Of a stretch of DNA of 64,000 nucleotides, positions 40,344-51,867 are shown piece after piece. Position 1 is the stretch's first letter. Every line of letters begins with the position of its first letter. The DNA comes from Albugo candida. Lineage: Eukaryota. The translations under genes and the position numbers were made by a program. Location of the stretch: positions 248,001 through 312,000 of the forward strand of contig JBDOQK010000009.1 of assembly GCA_040437565.1 (NCBI GenBank). The letters run 5' to 3'. The notes under the pieces were generated by a model. The model was given only the letters and a program-made list of their open reading frames with translations, had not been told where the DNA came from and searched no databases.

Positions 40344-41106
40344 AGAGGCGATCATGTTTGTGTGAAGAGTTAGGAGTAATCTGCAGTTGGTTGTGTATAT
40401 TCAATGCGCTTTGCTAGAGGCACCCAGCTTTTTATCAGGTTTCTCGATGCCAATTAAGCTTCTTATTCAAATAAGCTTGCGAAAATCTAATTCTTTTACT
40501 ACGATTACTCGGATTGATCAGTCAGAGTACTACGAGTTAGTACAAATTTGTTAGGGACGCAGGTTGAATTTTATGTCACGTACGAGTATCTCTCACTGAT
40601 ACTGTAGTAAAGAAGAATTAGACTATCTTCAACACGTGAACGTCTTTGAAACAAATATATAGATTCTTTTAGTTCCACGTTAGTCATTTGGCCCTGGCGG
40701 TTGTATTTTCGCTCCAACTTTAAGATTGCATACTAAGACCAGTATCAATGATTTGATTATCAAAACGCTGTAGGAGTTTACTGAGCATTCCATTTTTAAA
40801 AGCTCACTACGTGATTGGTTAATCGATACGAATAGATTCTATTCAATCAGTTATGTCACATAAATATGCTCTATTTTGTATGAAGAATCAGCACTTCAAC
40901 CCTTCCCGCTGGCCTGGATCGCACGCATTTGCTTCGTCACATATATATTTAGCTTCAATTTTGTATGCAGCATCCAAGTCTTTTTTATGTCGGAGACATG
41001 ATCGTACAAACCTGCAACAATGCTGTTCAAGAATCACTTCACAAAAGAATAATCAAACGCGACCTTATATCCTTATCCTGTACTTTCGATTATACTTATC
41101 AAAACA

Positions 41107-41559
41107 ATGGGCGTTCAAGAGTTGCCAATGTATGTGATTGGACGTGAGGCGACATCTATCACATCGACTACTTCGTCAAGAATGTCGACATGTCGGTCTT
41201 CGATTTTGTCAGCATCTGACGAATATGCGCGATACCGGTTCAAACAAGCCAGAGCGGACCACCATGTCTACTCAATCACGCCGGAAAGATTGGAGCAACA
41301 GCGAAAGATATTGCGTCAGATCGAACATCTAAAACGGCTGATCATTGAGAAGCATCCCGAGAAGAAGACACGATTTAGTCTGAGCCATATGCGACACGTC
41401 GGAATTCCTCCAGTGGTTATTCCAGAACAATTTGATTCTCGAGCTGCCCGAACTCTTGTAGCTGGAAAAAATGTACCATTCACACGCAGTATGTGGCAGA
41501 ATCAAAAGAAGAATGTGCGACACTTGGATGTGATTGTCGAACGATATCGATACAGCTGA
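41107..41559 (+). CDS. Small basic hypothetical protein (paralogue A)
   Basis: 150-aa intronless ORF whose C-terminal ~90 aa are clearly homologous to the ORF at 42853-43293. Confidence 0.85.
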   Translation: MGVQELPMYVIGREATSITSTTSSRMSTCRSSILSASDEYARYRFKQARADHHVYSITPERLEQQRKILRQIEHLKRLIIEKHPEKKTRFSLSHMRHVGIPPVVIPEQFDSRAARTLVAGKNVPFTRSMWQNQKKNVRHLDVIVERYRYS

Positions 41560-42852
41560 TGTTATAATGCGCAACTTGATAAGAAATGCTCCACTGCACT
41601 CACACGATTACGACTTGGTAATGAACTGACGTGGCAGTATAAAAGTACACGTCTGAGGTACTAACGTTGGTGAGGAATGATCTGATTCCATAAATTTCAT
41701 AATTCACTGTTCCATATTCTTTCCTTCGATCGCTTGTCTTTCTCCACACCAGTCTCTGGTTTGGAGAAAGGTTCGTTGCAATCGAATAATTAGATTCTGT
41801 TATTTAATGACTTACTGATGCGACAATAACATTTCCTGTTACTTTCGCATAGAAACGACAAGATTTTACAATGTTGTCGTCGGACAATAGGGCGCTTTGT
41901 ATAAATAATATTGATATAAGTACACGTTCACGTGTCTAGCTACAGTATAGTAATACTCTGGGATGCGATACCATGCCAATGTTTTCCGTTGATACACTGG
42001 GTTACAGGTTAAGAGTTATGTGATATTACATTGTACTCCAACAGCTATTTCTTCATCCATAGCAGTATTGTTCTGAGATCACATCTAATCGCCGTGCGGC
42101 CTTCTTTTGATTTTCCCACATTTGTTTCGTCAAAGGTATTTTCTTCCCCGCCACTAATGTCCGAATCGCCCGACGATTGTTGAGTTGTTCAGGTATGGTC
42201 ACTGGGGGTATACCCACATGACGCAGATGACTAATGCTGAATCGAGTCTTTTTCTCTGGGTGCTTTTCCACCAGTAACTGCTTCAATTGGTCAATCTGCC
42301 GCACAATCTTTTTCTGCTGCTCTTGTACTTCAGGCGATACGGTTCTTGATTGGTTCTTGGGTGGGCTCTTTTCGATTCGATACTTTGAATGTCCACTCGT
42401 ACGTTTGGTATTCTGTACACGTTCACGACTGTGTTTAGACTCTCTTGACGATACTCGACNNNNNNNNNNNNNNNNNNNNNNNNNNNNNNNNNNNNNNNNN
42501 NNNNNNNNNNNNNNNNNNNNNNNNNNNNNNNNNNNNNNNNNNNNNNNNNNNNNNNNNNNTTTGGAGAAAGGTTCGTTGCAATCGAATAATTAGATTCTGT
42601 TATTTAATGACTTACTGATGCGACAATAACATTTCCTGTTACTTTCGCATAGAAACGACAAGATTTTACAATGTTGTCGTCGGACAATAGGGCGCTTTGT
42701 ATAAATAATATTGATATAAGTACACGTTCACGTGTCTAGCTACAGTATAGTAATACTCTGGGATGCGATACCATGCCAATGTTTTCCGTTGATACACTGG
42801 GTTACAGGTTAAGAGTTATGTGATATTACATTGTACTCCAACAGCTATTTCT

Positions 42853-43293
42853 TCATCCATAGCAGTATTGTTCTGAGATCACATCTAATCGCCGTGCGGC
42901 CTTCTTTTGATTTTCCCACATTTGTTTCGTCAAAGGTATTTTCTTCCCCGCCACTAATGTCCGAATCGCCCGACGATTGTTGAGTTGTTCAGGTATGGTC
43001 ACTGGGGGTATACCCACATGACGCAGATGACTAATGCTGAATCGAGTCTTTTTCTCTGGGTGCTTTTCCACCAGTAACTGCTTCAATTGGTCAATCTGCC
43101 GCACAATCTTTTTCTGCTGCTCTTGTACTTCAGGCGATACGGTTCTTGATTGGTTCTTGGGTGGGCTCTTTTCGATTCGATACTTTGAATGTCCACTCGT
43201 ACGTTTGGTATTCTGTACACGTTCACGACTGTGTTTAGACTCTCTTGACGATACTCGACGAAGCGCGTAGATTGCGGGCTCGTGTGCTCCCAT
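42853..43293 (-). CDS. Small basic hypothetical protein (paralogue B)
   Basis: 146-aa ORF sharing EKHPEKKTRFS.SH.RHVGIPPV.IPEQ, RTLVAGK and W.NQKK...LDVI.E with paralogue A. Confidence 0.85.
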   Translation of the reverse strand: MGAHEPAIYALRRVSSRESKHSRERVQNTKRTSGHSKYRIEKSPPKNQSRTVSPEVQEQQKKIVRQIDQLKQLLVEKHPEKKTRFSISHLRHVGIPPVTIPEQLNNRRAIRTLVAGKKIPLTKQMWENQKKAARRLDVISEQYCYG

Positions 43294-44040
43294 AATATAA
43301 GGTGGAAATCGAGTTGGTTCTTGGAGGAAATTCGAGAAATGATTAGCCTAACTCGTTTTACGATCGTTGTGTCCACACAATAAATTGGTGGTGATCGCAA
43401 GTGTGGCGTACGATCATAAACCTGAGCACTCATTTATCTTCTACGGTATACAGAAATCAAATACCCTGCATGTGACGGAGCAAATGCGTGCGAGATTGGA
43501 ATGCAGGGTTCGGGCGGGGTGAGGTTTCTAATGAATCTTCAAGGCTTAAACCCTGAGCCCTTGGGAAAACGTTGCTATACAACCCAGGAGCAGACATTAC
43601 AAAATGTGACGGACGCGTTCTACACACCCGTAATCAACTCTCGTGTTGGTGGCACCAGCCAATCATATAAGCACATTGGTGTGACTCTTGATAGTGGTTT
43701 CAGGTTCAACATCCACGCCATTGCGACAACCTATCGAATATTTGTGAAATGAGCTGTGCCTTAATTTTGCTGTTCTGTGTGATCCGACGGTGAATAATCA
43801 GACAAAATGACTTGTCCGAACCATTAAAATTTCCAAAGATTCATTTTTATTCTCAGCTAGAGAGGATTTTCCCGCACTCTCGTCAAGCACTTGGTCTTCA
43901 TTTGTCATATACTGCTACAAATTGTCGAAAGTGGACATGATATTCTAGATTAGAAACATTTAAAATATGTGACAATCCTAATCTTGACAAATTACATATC
44001 ACGATTACTTGTTAATCGTAATTAGTAGCACCTGTACGTC

Positions 44041-45875
44041 ATGGACGTATCCGATGCAATGTTGGAAGAATTGATGGGAGGCGATTGCGATTATCTACCG
44101 AGTCAACAGGCTTCTGCGCTTCGAAATTCACAGCAAGAAGGCTCGACGTGTACTATACGAGATAAGAGTAGTGGAATCGATGAAGGCTGGATCGAGAACG
44201 CAATGCTCGATTCTTTATACTTGGAAGAAGCGCTATTCGACTTGCAATCTAGCTCTCTGGAAGTTTCACATGACAAAGGCGCTGGTCGGCAAGGATGTAA
44301 GAAAGAAATACGAGTTGAAAAGCACCAACCATCGCAATTTAATGCGCATGCGAACATTTCTGATCCAACACAAACCTTAAAGTCTTCAGGCAGTAGTGAA
44401 TCGATACAATTTAAACAAAGGCATACTTCAGCCCGATCTCAACAGAATATATTGCCGGCACATCAACAAGAAATCACACCGACGTTATCTGCTTCTGAAT
44501 ATATTAAAGCAAATCAATTGCAGCTCCCTGCTAAATGCGACGCGTCTCTTGTCTTTCAACTTGCACAACACAAAATCGAAATGCTTAGGAAACGATTGGG
44601 CAGTATGGTCAAGACCAATGCTTTTGACTTTACTATTGCGGAAACTTATTTTGATGACGCGTCAGGCGATTTAAAAGTGAAACCCCAATGTTCCCTGAAG
44701 GTGCGCTCTACTATAAGAAGTACTACGGCAGAGTATTCAAATCCACGAAACGCGATTCTCTGGACGCGGTTAAATGATCGGATTTTGCGGGTTGAAACTG
44801 ACGCAAAAGCGGTCGCAAGTGACATCGCTTTTCAAGAAAAATTAAAGTATACGTTTCGTAATCCTACTGGTAGTAAATCTCCCAATCAAACAGAGGCTGC
44901 AGCGAGAATCGATGGGCTCAAACACCGTCTAAAGGCAATTCTTCAGACTCAATTACGTAACATTTTTCAGCTCGATCAAATTCCTGAAAGTCAAAAGCAC
45001 TCGCTCAACGCATCATCTTCCATTTCTTCCTGTTTCCAGCACTCTATCGGCCATACTCTTCTCGATTTTGCAGCGATCTTCCATCGCGTTTACGGTGCTT
45101 TCATCGTCGAAGAATCCAAAAAATTGCCACCAGGAACACAAATCCTATGGCAATTACTCCCACTCGCAGCTACCGATGTAAAACAAGTCGCAAAGATTCT
45201 TAATACGCTTATTATGGAGCGGTATTCACACTTACAATTCAAAGAGGAGACAAATAATACAGAGACTCGAGAAATTCGACAGTTTGCCAAAGAATGTGTC
45301 AATGAGATCGTAATGGATGCAATCACTTACCATTTGGCGCCAACAATACAGTCACTTTACACGTGTTCTTACGCTCTCGAAGATGCTTTTTTTGCAAAGT
45401 GTTGTGAGAACTTGAGGTCAGACCCTTCAAAGCTTTTTCGGGCACTCAATATATCCATGAAGACGAGCGGAGATCCCTTGGATCACATCAAATCTATGTA
45501 CGATTCGTATCGTGAAGCTATCATTTTGATGGAGGAAATGCAATTGGAAATATCTTTATCGATTTTACTTCAGAGATGTACTCAGATATGCAAGCTGATA
45601 CAAAGAACGAATCAAAGCACAAGGTGAAGAGTTTGCGATTCTATAAAATTTGCTGATATGTTGCTGGTAGGTCGTCTTTAGATATGCGGAAATCGCTTGC
45701 ATTTGTTATTATTGCATCGCCGAAAGCGTGCCAGCAAATATATTCTCGACTGGCGATGCTGGGTAGTTTGGGCAAATATTCGTTTTATCAGTCGGAAACT
45801 TCGGTAGATGAGCTGTTTGATATCGCTGGAGCTGTGGAACATTTGACTTCACACTTTATATCGCTGCAAAGCTGA
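44041..45875 (+). CDS. Hypothetical protein with a degenerate C-terminal VPS9-like domain, 2 exons
   Basis: 528-codon exon, intron ~45624-45670, then RSSLDMRKSLAFVIIASPKACQQIYSRLAML...AVEHL. The helical pattern resembles VPS9 (YREAIILM..., FVIIAS, AVEHL). Confidence 0.65.
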
Positions 45876-45955
45876 GTGTGGATGAAGTTCATGTGTACAT
45901 TTACAAAGTTTGAGAAGCGGAAGCGGTAAACAAGGAATTCTTAAGGCGGATCACG

Positions 45956-47429
45956 TTAAGCATCATATTCCATGAGAGCAAGTGTGTTTGTATCTGGTAT
46001 TCTAACTTCCGGCTTGACGCCACTTTCAGTGTCAAACGCATCCAATAAAAGTGGTTCTACTTGTTTCGACTTTGGATCGCTTTTTTCTTCACGAATAGTA
46101 TTCTCAGATGGAACTGGAGGCATTCTTCCTGCTAAAAAGCACACTTTATGTTCCTGCAGATACTTTTCCCAATCAAATTGCTGTCGTTTGTACAACTCCA
46201 GAGCAGCTCGAGCATCCTCGACCTAAAGAGCCAAAAGTTTAGCGATTACAATCATTTGATCCACATAACTTACAGAATCGTGCTCTCCTTCTTGAATAGA
46301 CCTCTTGAGAAACTCAGCTGCTAGTGTTTTTAATGACCGTGGAAGAAGTTTCTACGTGAGTGAATGTAAGAGGCCGGATAGCATTTTTCACCCTCAAACT
46401 TTCTCCTCACCGTCCCGTTCTTCCGATAGCGCATGTACGGGCGATATCGAGCTGTATCACGAGTTTGACGCTTTGGATGGCTCAACATAAGCGCCTAACA
46501 AAAATGTGAGTCATCACTTCCTCCATTCAATAAAGTTTGATGCACCTGAAAGTCATTTTTTAAAGCATGGCCGACCACGATTTTGTCCTTTAGAAGCGCT
46601 CCAACTTCTTTCAGACACTAAAAGAGATGAGAAAAACGTACACGACCAAAGCTAAAGATTCATTGATACCTGTGAGAACGAGATCGCATTTTTAAAAGAG
46701 CGAGGTCGGATTCCACTCACTCGCGTTCGATAATCTGGAAGCACTCAAATTGTCANNNNNNNNNNNNNNNNNNNNNNNNNNNNNNNNNNNNNNNNNNNNN
46801 NNNNNNNNNNNNNNNNNNNNNNNNNNNNNNNNNNNNNNNNNNNNNNNNNNNNNNNGTACACGACCAAAGCTAAAGATTCATTGATACCTGTGAGAACGAG
46901 ATCGCATTTTTAAAAGAGCGAGGTCGGATTCCACTCACTCGCGTTCGATAATCTGAAAACACTCAAATTGTCAATACATTGAGTATCTTTAGTGAGGATG
47001 AGACTCACCTGTGACTTTCTCGACCGGACTTACTGTGCGATCAAAAAGCACATTTCCATCAAAACCGATGATGCTACAACGCGCTAAGGCATCCTGTCGT
47101 CCATCGGTCCCAACACCAACCATTTCACAATCCATTGCTAAGATATCGGATTTTTTGATCCATTTGGCGATCATGGACTCCTTCTTAAGCTCTTTTTGTA
47201 ATAACCTACTAGCTGTCTTGGCAGATTGTGGGTTCAAATCGCATTTTTTCAAGGCCGTGCGTGAGACTTGAATTTTGGCTTTCATTGCGTTCCAATTTGC
47301 ATCAGGAAGCTTTGCATTAAGAGATGATGAGGTTGTTTTGCATAATTTTGTTGGTTTGGGTGCATGAGCTGCAGAATCTTTATGAAATTGGCTCTTAACC
47401 GAGTCATTAATCCTGCGCTTAATCGCCAT
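45956..47429 (-). CDS. REXO4: RNA exonuclease 4 (DEDDh family), multi-exon
   Basis: LAMDCEMVGVG...LARCSI, VT/DYRTRVSGI, VVGHALKNDF, RDTARY, SLKTLA and IQEGEHDS/VEDARAA, across five GT-AG introns. Confidence 0.93.
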
Positions 47430-48049
47430 GAGCGCACTATTACAATACCGATATTCACCGATATGACCACGTCAGTGAGTTTCATCTTGTCGGTGGTGTA
47501 ATACTATTGGCCAAAAGACCACGCACACCATTTTAGGATTAGGCCCTAGACGGACTGCAGTGATGGACGCATCGATTAACAAGGATTTGACTTGAATAAA
47601 ATTAGTTTTGAGGTTCCAGGATAGTAACATCAAGTAATTGAAGAGCCAAAGTTTTGTCTTAGAAAGCTGGTGATATAATGGACTCTTTCATTCCAAAGTA
47701 GTACAAATATTCTTATGCTTATACAACGCCAACGACACTTGTTCGATTTTGAGTCGCATAGAGGATGCTGCTTCGTGAAACTCACAGTAGCTCTTTTTGC
47801 TGTCAGCTTTGTGCCTGGGTATTTATGTCATTAGACGATACTTAAGCTAAATTATCCACTCGTTACTTCGACTATGTGGTGCATGACATCATTCCATAGC
47901 GCAATCGGGAACCGTACTTATCCGGCGAATGGATGCAGCTACCTAGTCCCCCAGAGTGCAATTAGTGCGGGTCGTCGACCAATAAAAAGCCATGTTCGAT
48001 GTCAGTAAAGCCAATTCCAATAGTCACAAATTTCGTTACGTCGCATAGT

Positions 48050-49459
48050 ATGCGCTATATCTCGCTTCTTTGCTGTTACCTAGTAGCTCAAAGTCGTTCA
48101 TTTGACTCTGTTGTTTACTTCCGAAAGCAGCGACAAGGTTCAATTTGGTCAAAAGACAGTCGCTGCTCGCGTAAAGAACGTCTTGAAAATTTGGCTGCGA
48201 CAACAAATCAATGTGAACCCTTTAACACAACCAAACTTGAAGGAACCGACCAAGCTGCTCGTTTTATCAATCTAAGCCTTCATAGTAACTCCCATGAATT
48301 GTACTGGAGTGATTATAGATCCATTAAACGTGCAACAATTGACGGACGCAACATCCAGGCTGTAGTTGGAGTAATTGCAAATGTGAGGTTCTATGGATCA
48401 CATCTATGCCAAGAAGACATACAAATGATAACAATCCGGGGTGTACCTTGCGTCTCTATCACAAAAAGGAATGACACTTTTGTGGAGTGCTTGACTTCAC
48501 TTCCTTTCTCACAAAATGAGTGGCATCAGATCACCGGTAATGATTGTGCTCTTGTGACAACCCGAGGCAAGATAGAAGGTGTAGTTGAGAACGCGGAGGA
48601 CATGGAACGGATCGATCCGTCTTTGCCCCTTATAAAATCTATCTCATTGTCTTTGAAGCCCGTGTTACCGCATTCAATTGCGTTTGATGACAGCGAGGAT
48701 ACGACGCTATCTGATGATTCCAATTGGCTTTATTGGTCTAATTCTGCTGACGGTAAATTGTATCGCACTCATATTAGGACTAATGCGCTGGAAGAAATAG
48801 CGAATAATGTGTGGGCTGTGCGTGGTATTGTAATTGCAAGGCGATGGAATGCGATATTCTTCACTTTGGAAAATAAGGGAAAAGTCATGTACAAAACGCT
48901 CGATTCGTTAGACCCAAGCACACCTGCCAACGTGCTATTAGATAATTTGAAATCGCCGCGTGGTCTTGCGATCGATAAAACGCAGGATAATATGTTTTTC
49001 ACGGAAAAGACCGGTCGGGTGTATCAAGTGAACCTTTATATGAAGAATGCTAAACTCCGAGGGTATACTCGAAAAGTGATCTCTCTTCCTTCCATCACAC
49101 GGCTGAATGCAATTGCCGTGAGCGTAGGTTACCTCTATTGGGTTGAAACCAATTCTAATCTCATCGTTCGTGCTTCACTTGATACCCTGATCCGTCAAGT
49201 TTTTATCGGCTCTCGCGATCACGCAAACAGCAAGCGGATCAGTTGGCCACGTAGTGTTGTGATTGTCCAAGATGAAATCGAAGGAGATGTTGTGTACTTT
49301 TCAGAATATATCGGGCGCATATCAAAGTTCAGCATGGACCAAGAAGTGGAAGTGATCATAGATGAATTGGCTAACAATGCATTGAGAGTCCTGGATCTCA
49401 GTCTCCAATATGACAGCATAGCAAGTACGGGTGTGCTTCATTTCTTTGCGCTGGAATAA
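48050..49459 (+). CDS. Secreted YWTD-type (LDL-receptor class B-like) beta-propeller with an inserted IPT/TIG-like domain
   Basis: Signal-like MRYISLLCCYLVAQSRS. Six blade motifs: LYWSD, LYWSN, IFFTL, MFFTE, LYWVE, VYFSE. Also SPRGLAID and WPRSVVI. Confidence 0.75.
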   Translation: MRYISLLCCYLVAQSRSFDSVVYFRKQRQGSIWSKDSRCSRKERLENLAATTNQCEPFNTTKLEGTDQAARFINLSLHSNSHELYWSDYRSIKRATIDGRNIQAVVGVIANVRFYGSHLCQEDIQMITIRGVPCVSITKRNDTFVECLTSLPFSQNEWHQITGNDCALVTTRGKIEGVVENAEDMERIDPSLPLIKSISLSLKPVLPHSIAFDDSEDTTLSDDSNWLYWSNSADGKLYRTHIRTNALEEIANNVWAVRGIVIARRWNAIFFTLENKGKVMYKTLDSLDPSTPANVLLDNLKSPRGLAIDKTQDNMFFTEKTGRVYQVNLYMKNAKLRGYTRKVISLPSITRLNAIAVSVGYLYWVETNSNLIVRASLDTLIRQVFIGSRDHANSKRISWPRSVVIVQDEIEGDVVYFSEYIGRISKFSMDQEVEVIIDELANNALRVLDLSLQYDSIASTGVLHFFALE

Positions 49460-50124
49460 AAAAATTGTATGCGCACTATAACTCTCCTCAATGTTCATTC
49501 AGCAATCAAGTGCGCTTTGGTAAGTCAATGAAAGGACCTATGACAAAAAAAGTGTACTTGTGCATAAGCACATGTACAAAAGATAAAAGTTGAATTTACA
49601 AAAAGAAGACATACTTTGCCGATGAAATTTGGTCCATGTACGAGCGATGACGGTGGGAAATAATATCGCTCGTGATTTGTTCACTCATTTCTGAAGCACA
49701 AAACAAATTTCAGACAAACCATCACACAAAAATAAATGTAACGAACCTTATGTAAAGTAAGAAATTTAATTGTCAAATCGTATAGTTATCACAGGCATAA
49801 TTTTGTCATCAAGCAAACAAGAAACAGTCCGTTACCCATTCAATTCTCAGATTACAGACATGAGACAATCGTACTAAATTGTTACAATGAAAACGAATCT
49901 GTCACTACAACGGCGCATCGATTATCTTTGTTTGTAATTTCTAGTCAATCATGAGTAATACTTATAATGAAATCAGTGAAAATAGGGACATGGATTGTTG
50001 AACATTCGTGTCACGTATTTACCTTCCAATAAAATTTCGCATAAATAAAGTGTCAGCTCAATATAGTGACAAAAATGAGCATCCATCGACTAGTTCGTTT
50101 ATCAAACGAGCACATCTTCTTTGA

Positions 50125-51087
50125 ATGCTGCAGGACTCAAACGGGACCGTAAGTGAGCGCCAAAGCAACTCTTCTGTGACTTCCAAGGCGTCTTTGAAAT
50201 GTTCTAAAAGCGACACAATGCTGCTGAACTTTATTTTGAATCCAATACCAGCGCATTTTTCTAGATCGGTATGCGATACGAAATCAAATCCTTCGATCCC
50301 ACCGGCTTTAGTTGCTAGAAAGAAAAGAGGACGACGAGCAATGTTACCTAAAATGAACAATAGCGAGAGAGGAAAGTATTACCGCAAAAAACATCAAACG
50401 TATGAGAAGGATCTTCGAATGCAAGTAAGGATTTTGGAATCGGATGTACGTCGACTATCGGTTATTCGGGGAATTCTCATCGAGCTACTCTTGAGTACCA
50501 ATAACATACCAATGCATCTACACATTGCGATCGTGCGAGAATATCATTCCGTATTCCGTCACGGATTGCAGAGTAAACCAACAAGACACACAACAAAATC
50601 GCGGAGCTGTCATGAGCTATTGGCTACGACATGCAATCAAAAAATGTTCATTGAAGGTTTCATGCTGAACGACGTCAAATTTGGAGATACGCAAGGGGCA
50701 CATGCCATTATGGAATTATGGAAATTATATTCTGAGTTTTATACATCAGTGTGCTTGGAGTTGACATCAATCACTGTGGTGTCTGAGACCCCTTCTCCAA
50801 TTGTCTTGGCTAGTGGGAGGATGGAAGTAACTCACAGGAAAAAAATACTCGAAACCATATTTCCGAATGGTCTTTGCTCACAAAATATGCGACAACGACT
50901 ACTGCGAGCAAATATCTCATTTCCATGTCAAGCTACATTCTATTTTTCTTCTACTGCGCGTATATGGCGACATGATTTTAATGTAAATTTCGTACAAGGC
51001 TTCATGGATTCGTTAGGAAGCCTCAGTGACACGCTCACATTACTCAACAGAGTCACCATCCGGAATAAGAACTGTCTGGACATTTGA
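50125..51087 (+). CDS. bZIP transcription factor with oomycete-type C-terminal domain
   Basis: N-x7-R-x9-L-x6-L-x6-L-x6-L (NSERGKYYRKKHQTYEKDLRMQVRILESDVRRLSVIRGIL), followed by VREYHSVFRHG...FM..DV.FG...W..YS...ETIFP, as seen in oomycete bZIPs. Confidence 0.85.
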   Translation: MLQDSNGTVSERQSNSSVTSKASLKCSKSDTMLLNFILNPIPAHFSRSVCDTKSNPSIPPALVARKKRGRRAMLPKMNNSERGKYYRKKHQTYEKDLRMQVRILESDVRRLSVIRGILIELLLSTNNIPMHLHIAIVREYHSVFRHGLQSKPTRHTTKSRSCHELLATTCNQKMFIEGFMLNDVKFGDTQGAHAIMELWKLYSEFYTSVCLELTSITVVSETPSPIVLASGRMEVTHRKKILETIFPNGLCSQNMRQRLLRANISFPCQATFYFSSTARIWRHDFNVNFVQGFMDSLGSLSDTLTLLNRVTIRNKNCLDI

Positions 51088-51867
51088 TATTCATCAGTGT
51101 GGTATCATGATGAACTTAAAAGGACATACTGTTAAATCGATAATGTGCTGCCCCGTAAATGGAACAAAAAGGGTGATCGCGAATATGATTGGTAGCACCT
51201 GTTACAGCTTTTTTATTTGTCAAAATTCAATGAAAAGAGATTAGCCCACGCGTGCTCAATAAATGGCTTATGTTATTAACAACTTTTTACTGGAATCTAA
51301 AGATTGTATCATTTAACGATTTCCTGAGATTTCGCCGTTCCCGTCCGTTCAACAAGAGGTGTTTCCATTCATCCAAACGGCTGTTAGTTTCGTGCGAATC
51401 GTTATTTACGTACGATTTTTACATTAATATTACTGCTTTTCATTATTATTACATCTATGTGTCCCAGAAAATTTGGTGGTCAGCGGGACATTACAAAAGC
51501 ATTATCCTCGGCTTTCATAGAAATCGTGAGCTGTCACGTATCCTTATGATTCACGTGGATTACTATTGACGCGTTTTAAAATTTTTGAAGTTTGATGAAA
51601 GACCTTCCGATATACTAATTGGCTTACAAGTCTTACATGCATACAATCATTTATCAAGTTGATGCCATGACTCGATTTTATAGATGCATTAATATTACGA
51701 GCAAAAAGAATAGCATATCATCTAGGAGCAACCTTGGGACTATTTCCTTCTAGTACACCATACCAGAAAACTTGCTAATTTGCAAGGTCAAAATTTCATC
51801 ATTATCTCTTTAGCAAACAAAATTTAGGCTGGGTCAAATGTTCATATGATATCAAATAGAAAAAAAA

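Noticed and set aside
41760-43259. Apparent third copy of the small paralogue (ORF 42053-42304)
   Set aside because: 41760-42459 is identical to 42560-43259 across a 100-N gap, so it is an unmerged contig overlap.
4605-45875. Apparent cluster of endomembrane genes (VPS53, PX, V-ATPase, HOOK, DHHC, atlastin, VPS9-like)
   Set aside because: They are interspersed with unrelated genes and the category is large, so chance cannot be excluded without a synteny or enrichment test.
47880-48010. ATTGCAC and TACTTA snippets reminiscent of U1 snRNA
   Set aside because: The motifs lie on opposite strands, and there is no ATACTTACCTG 5' end or recognisable Sm site.
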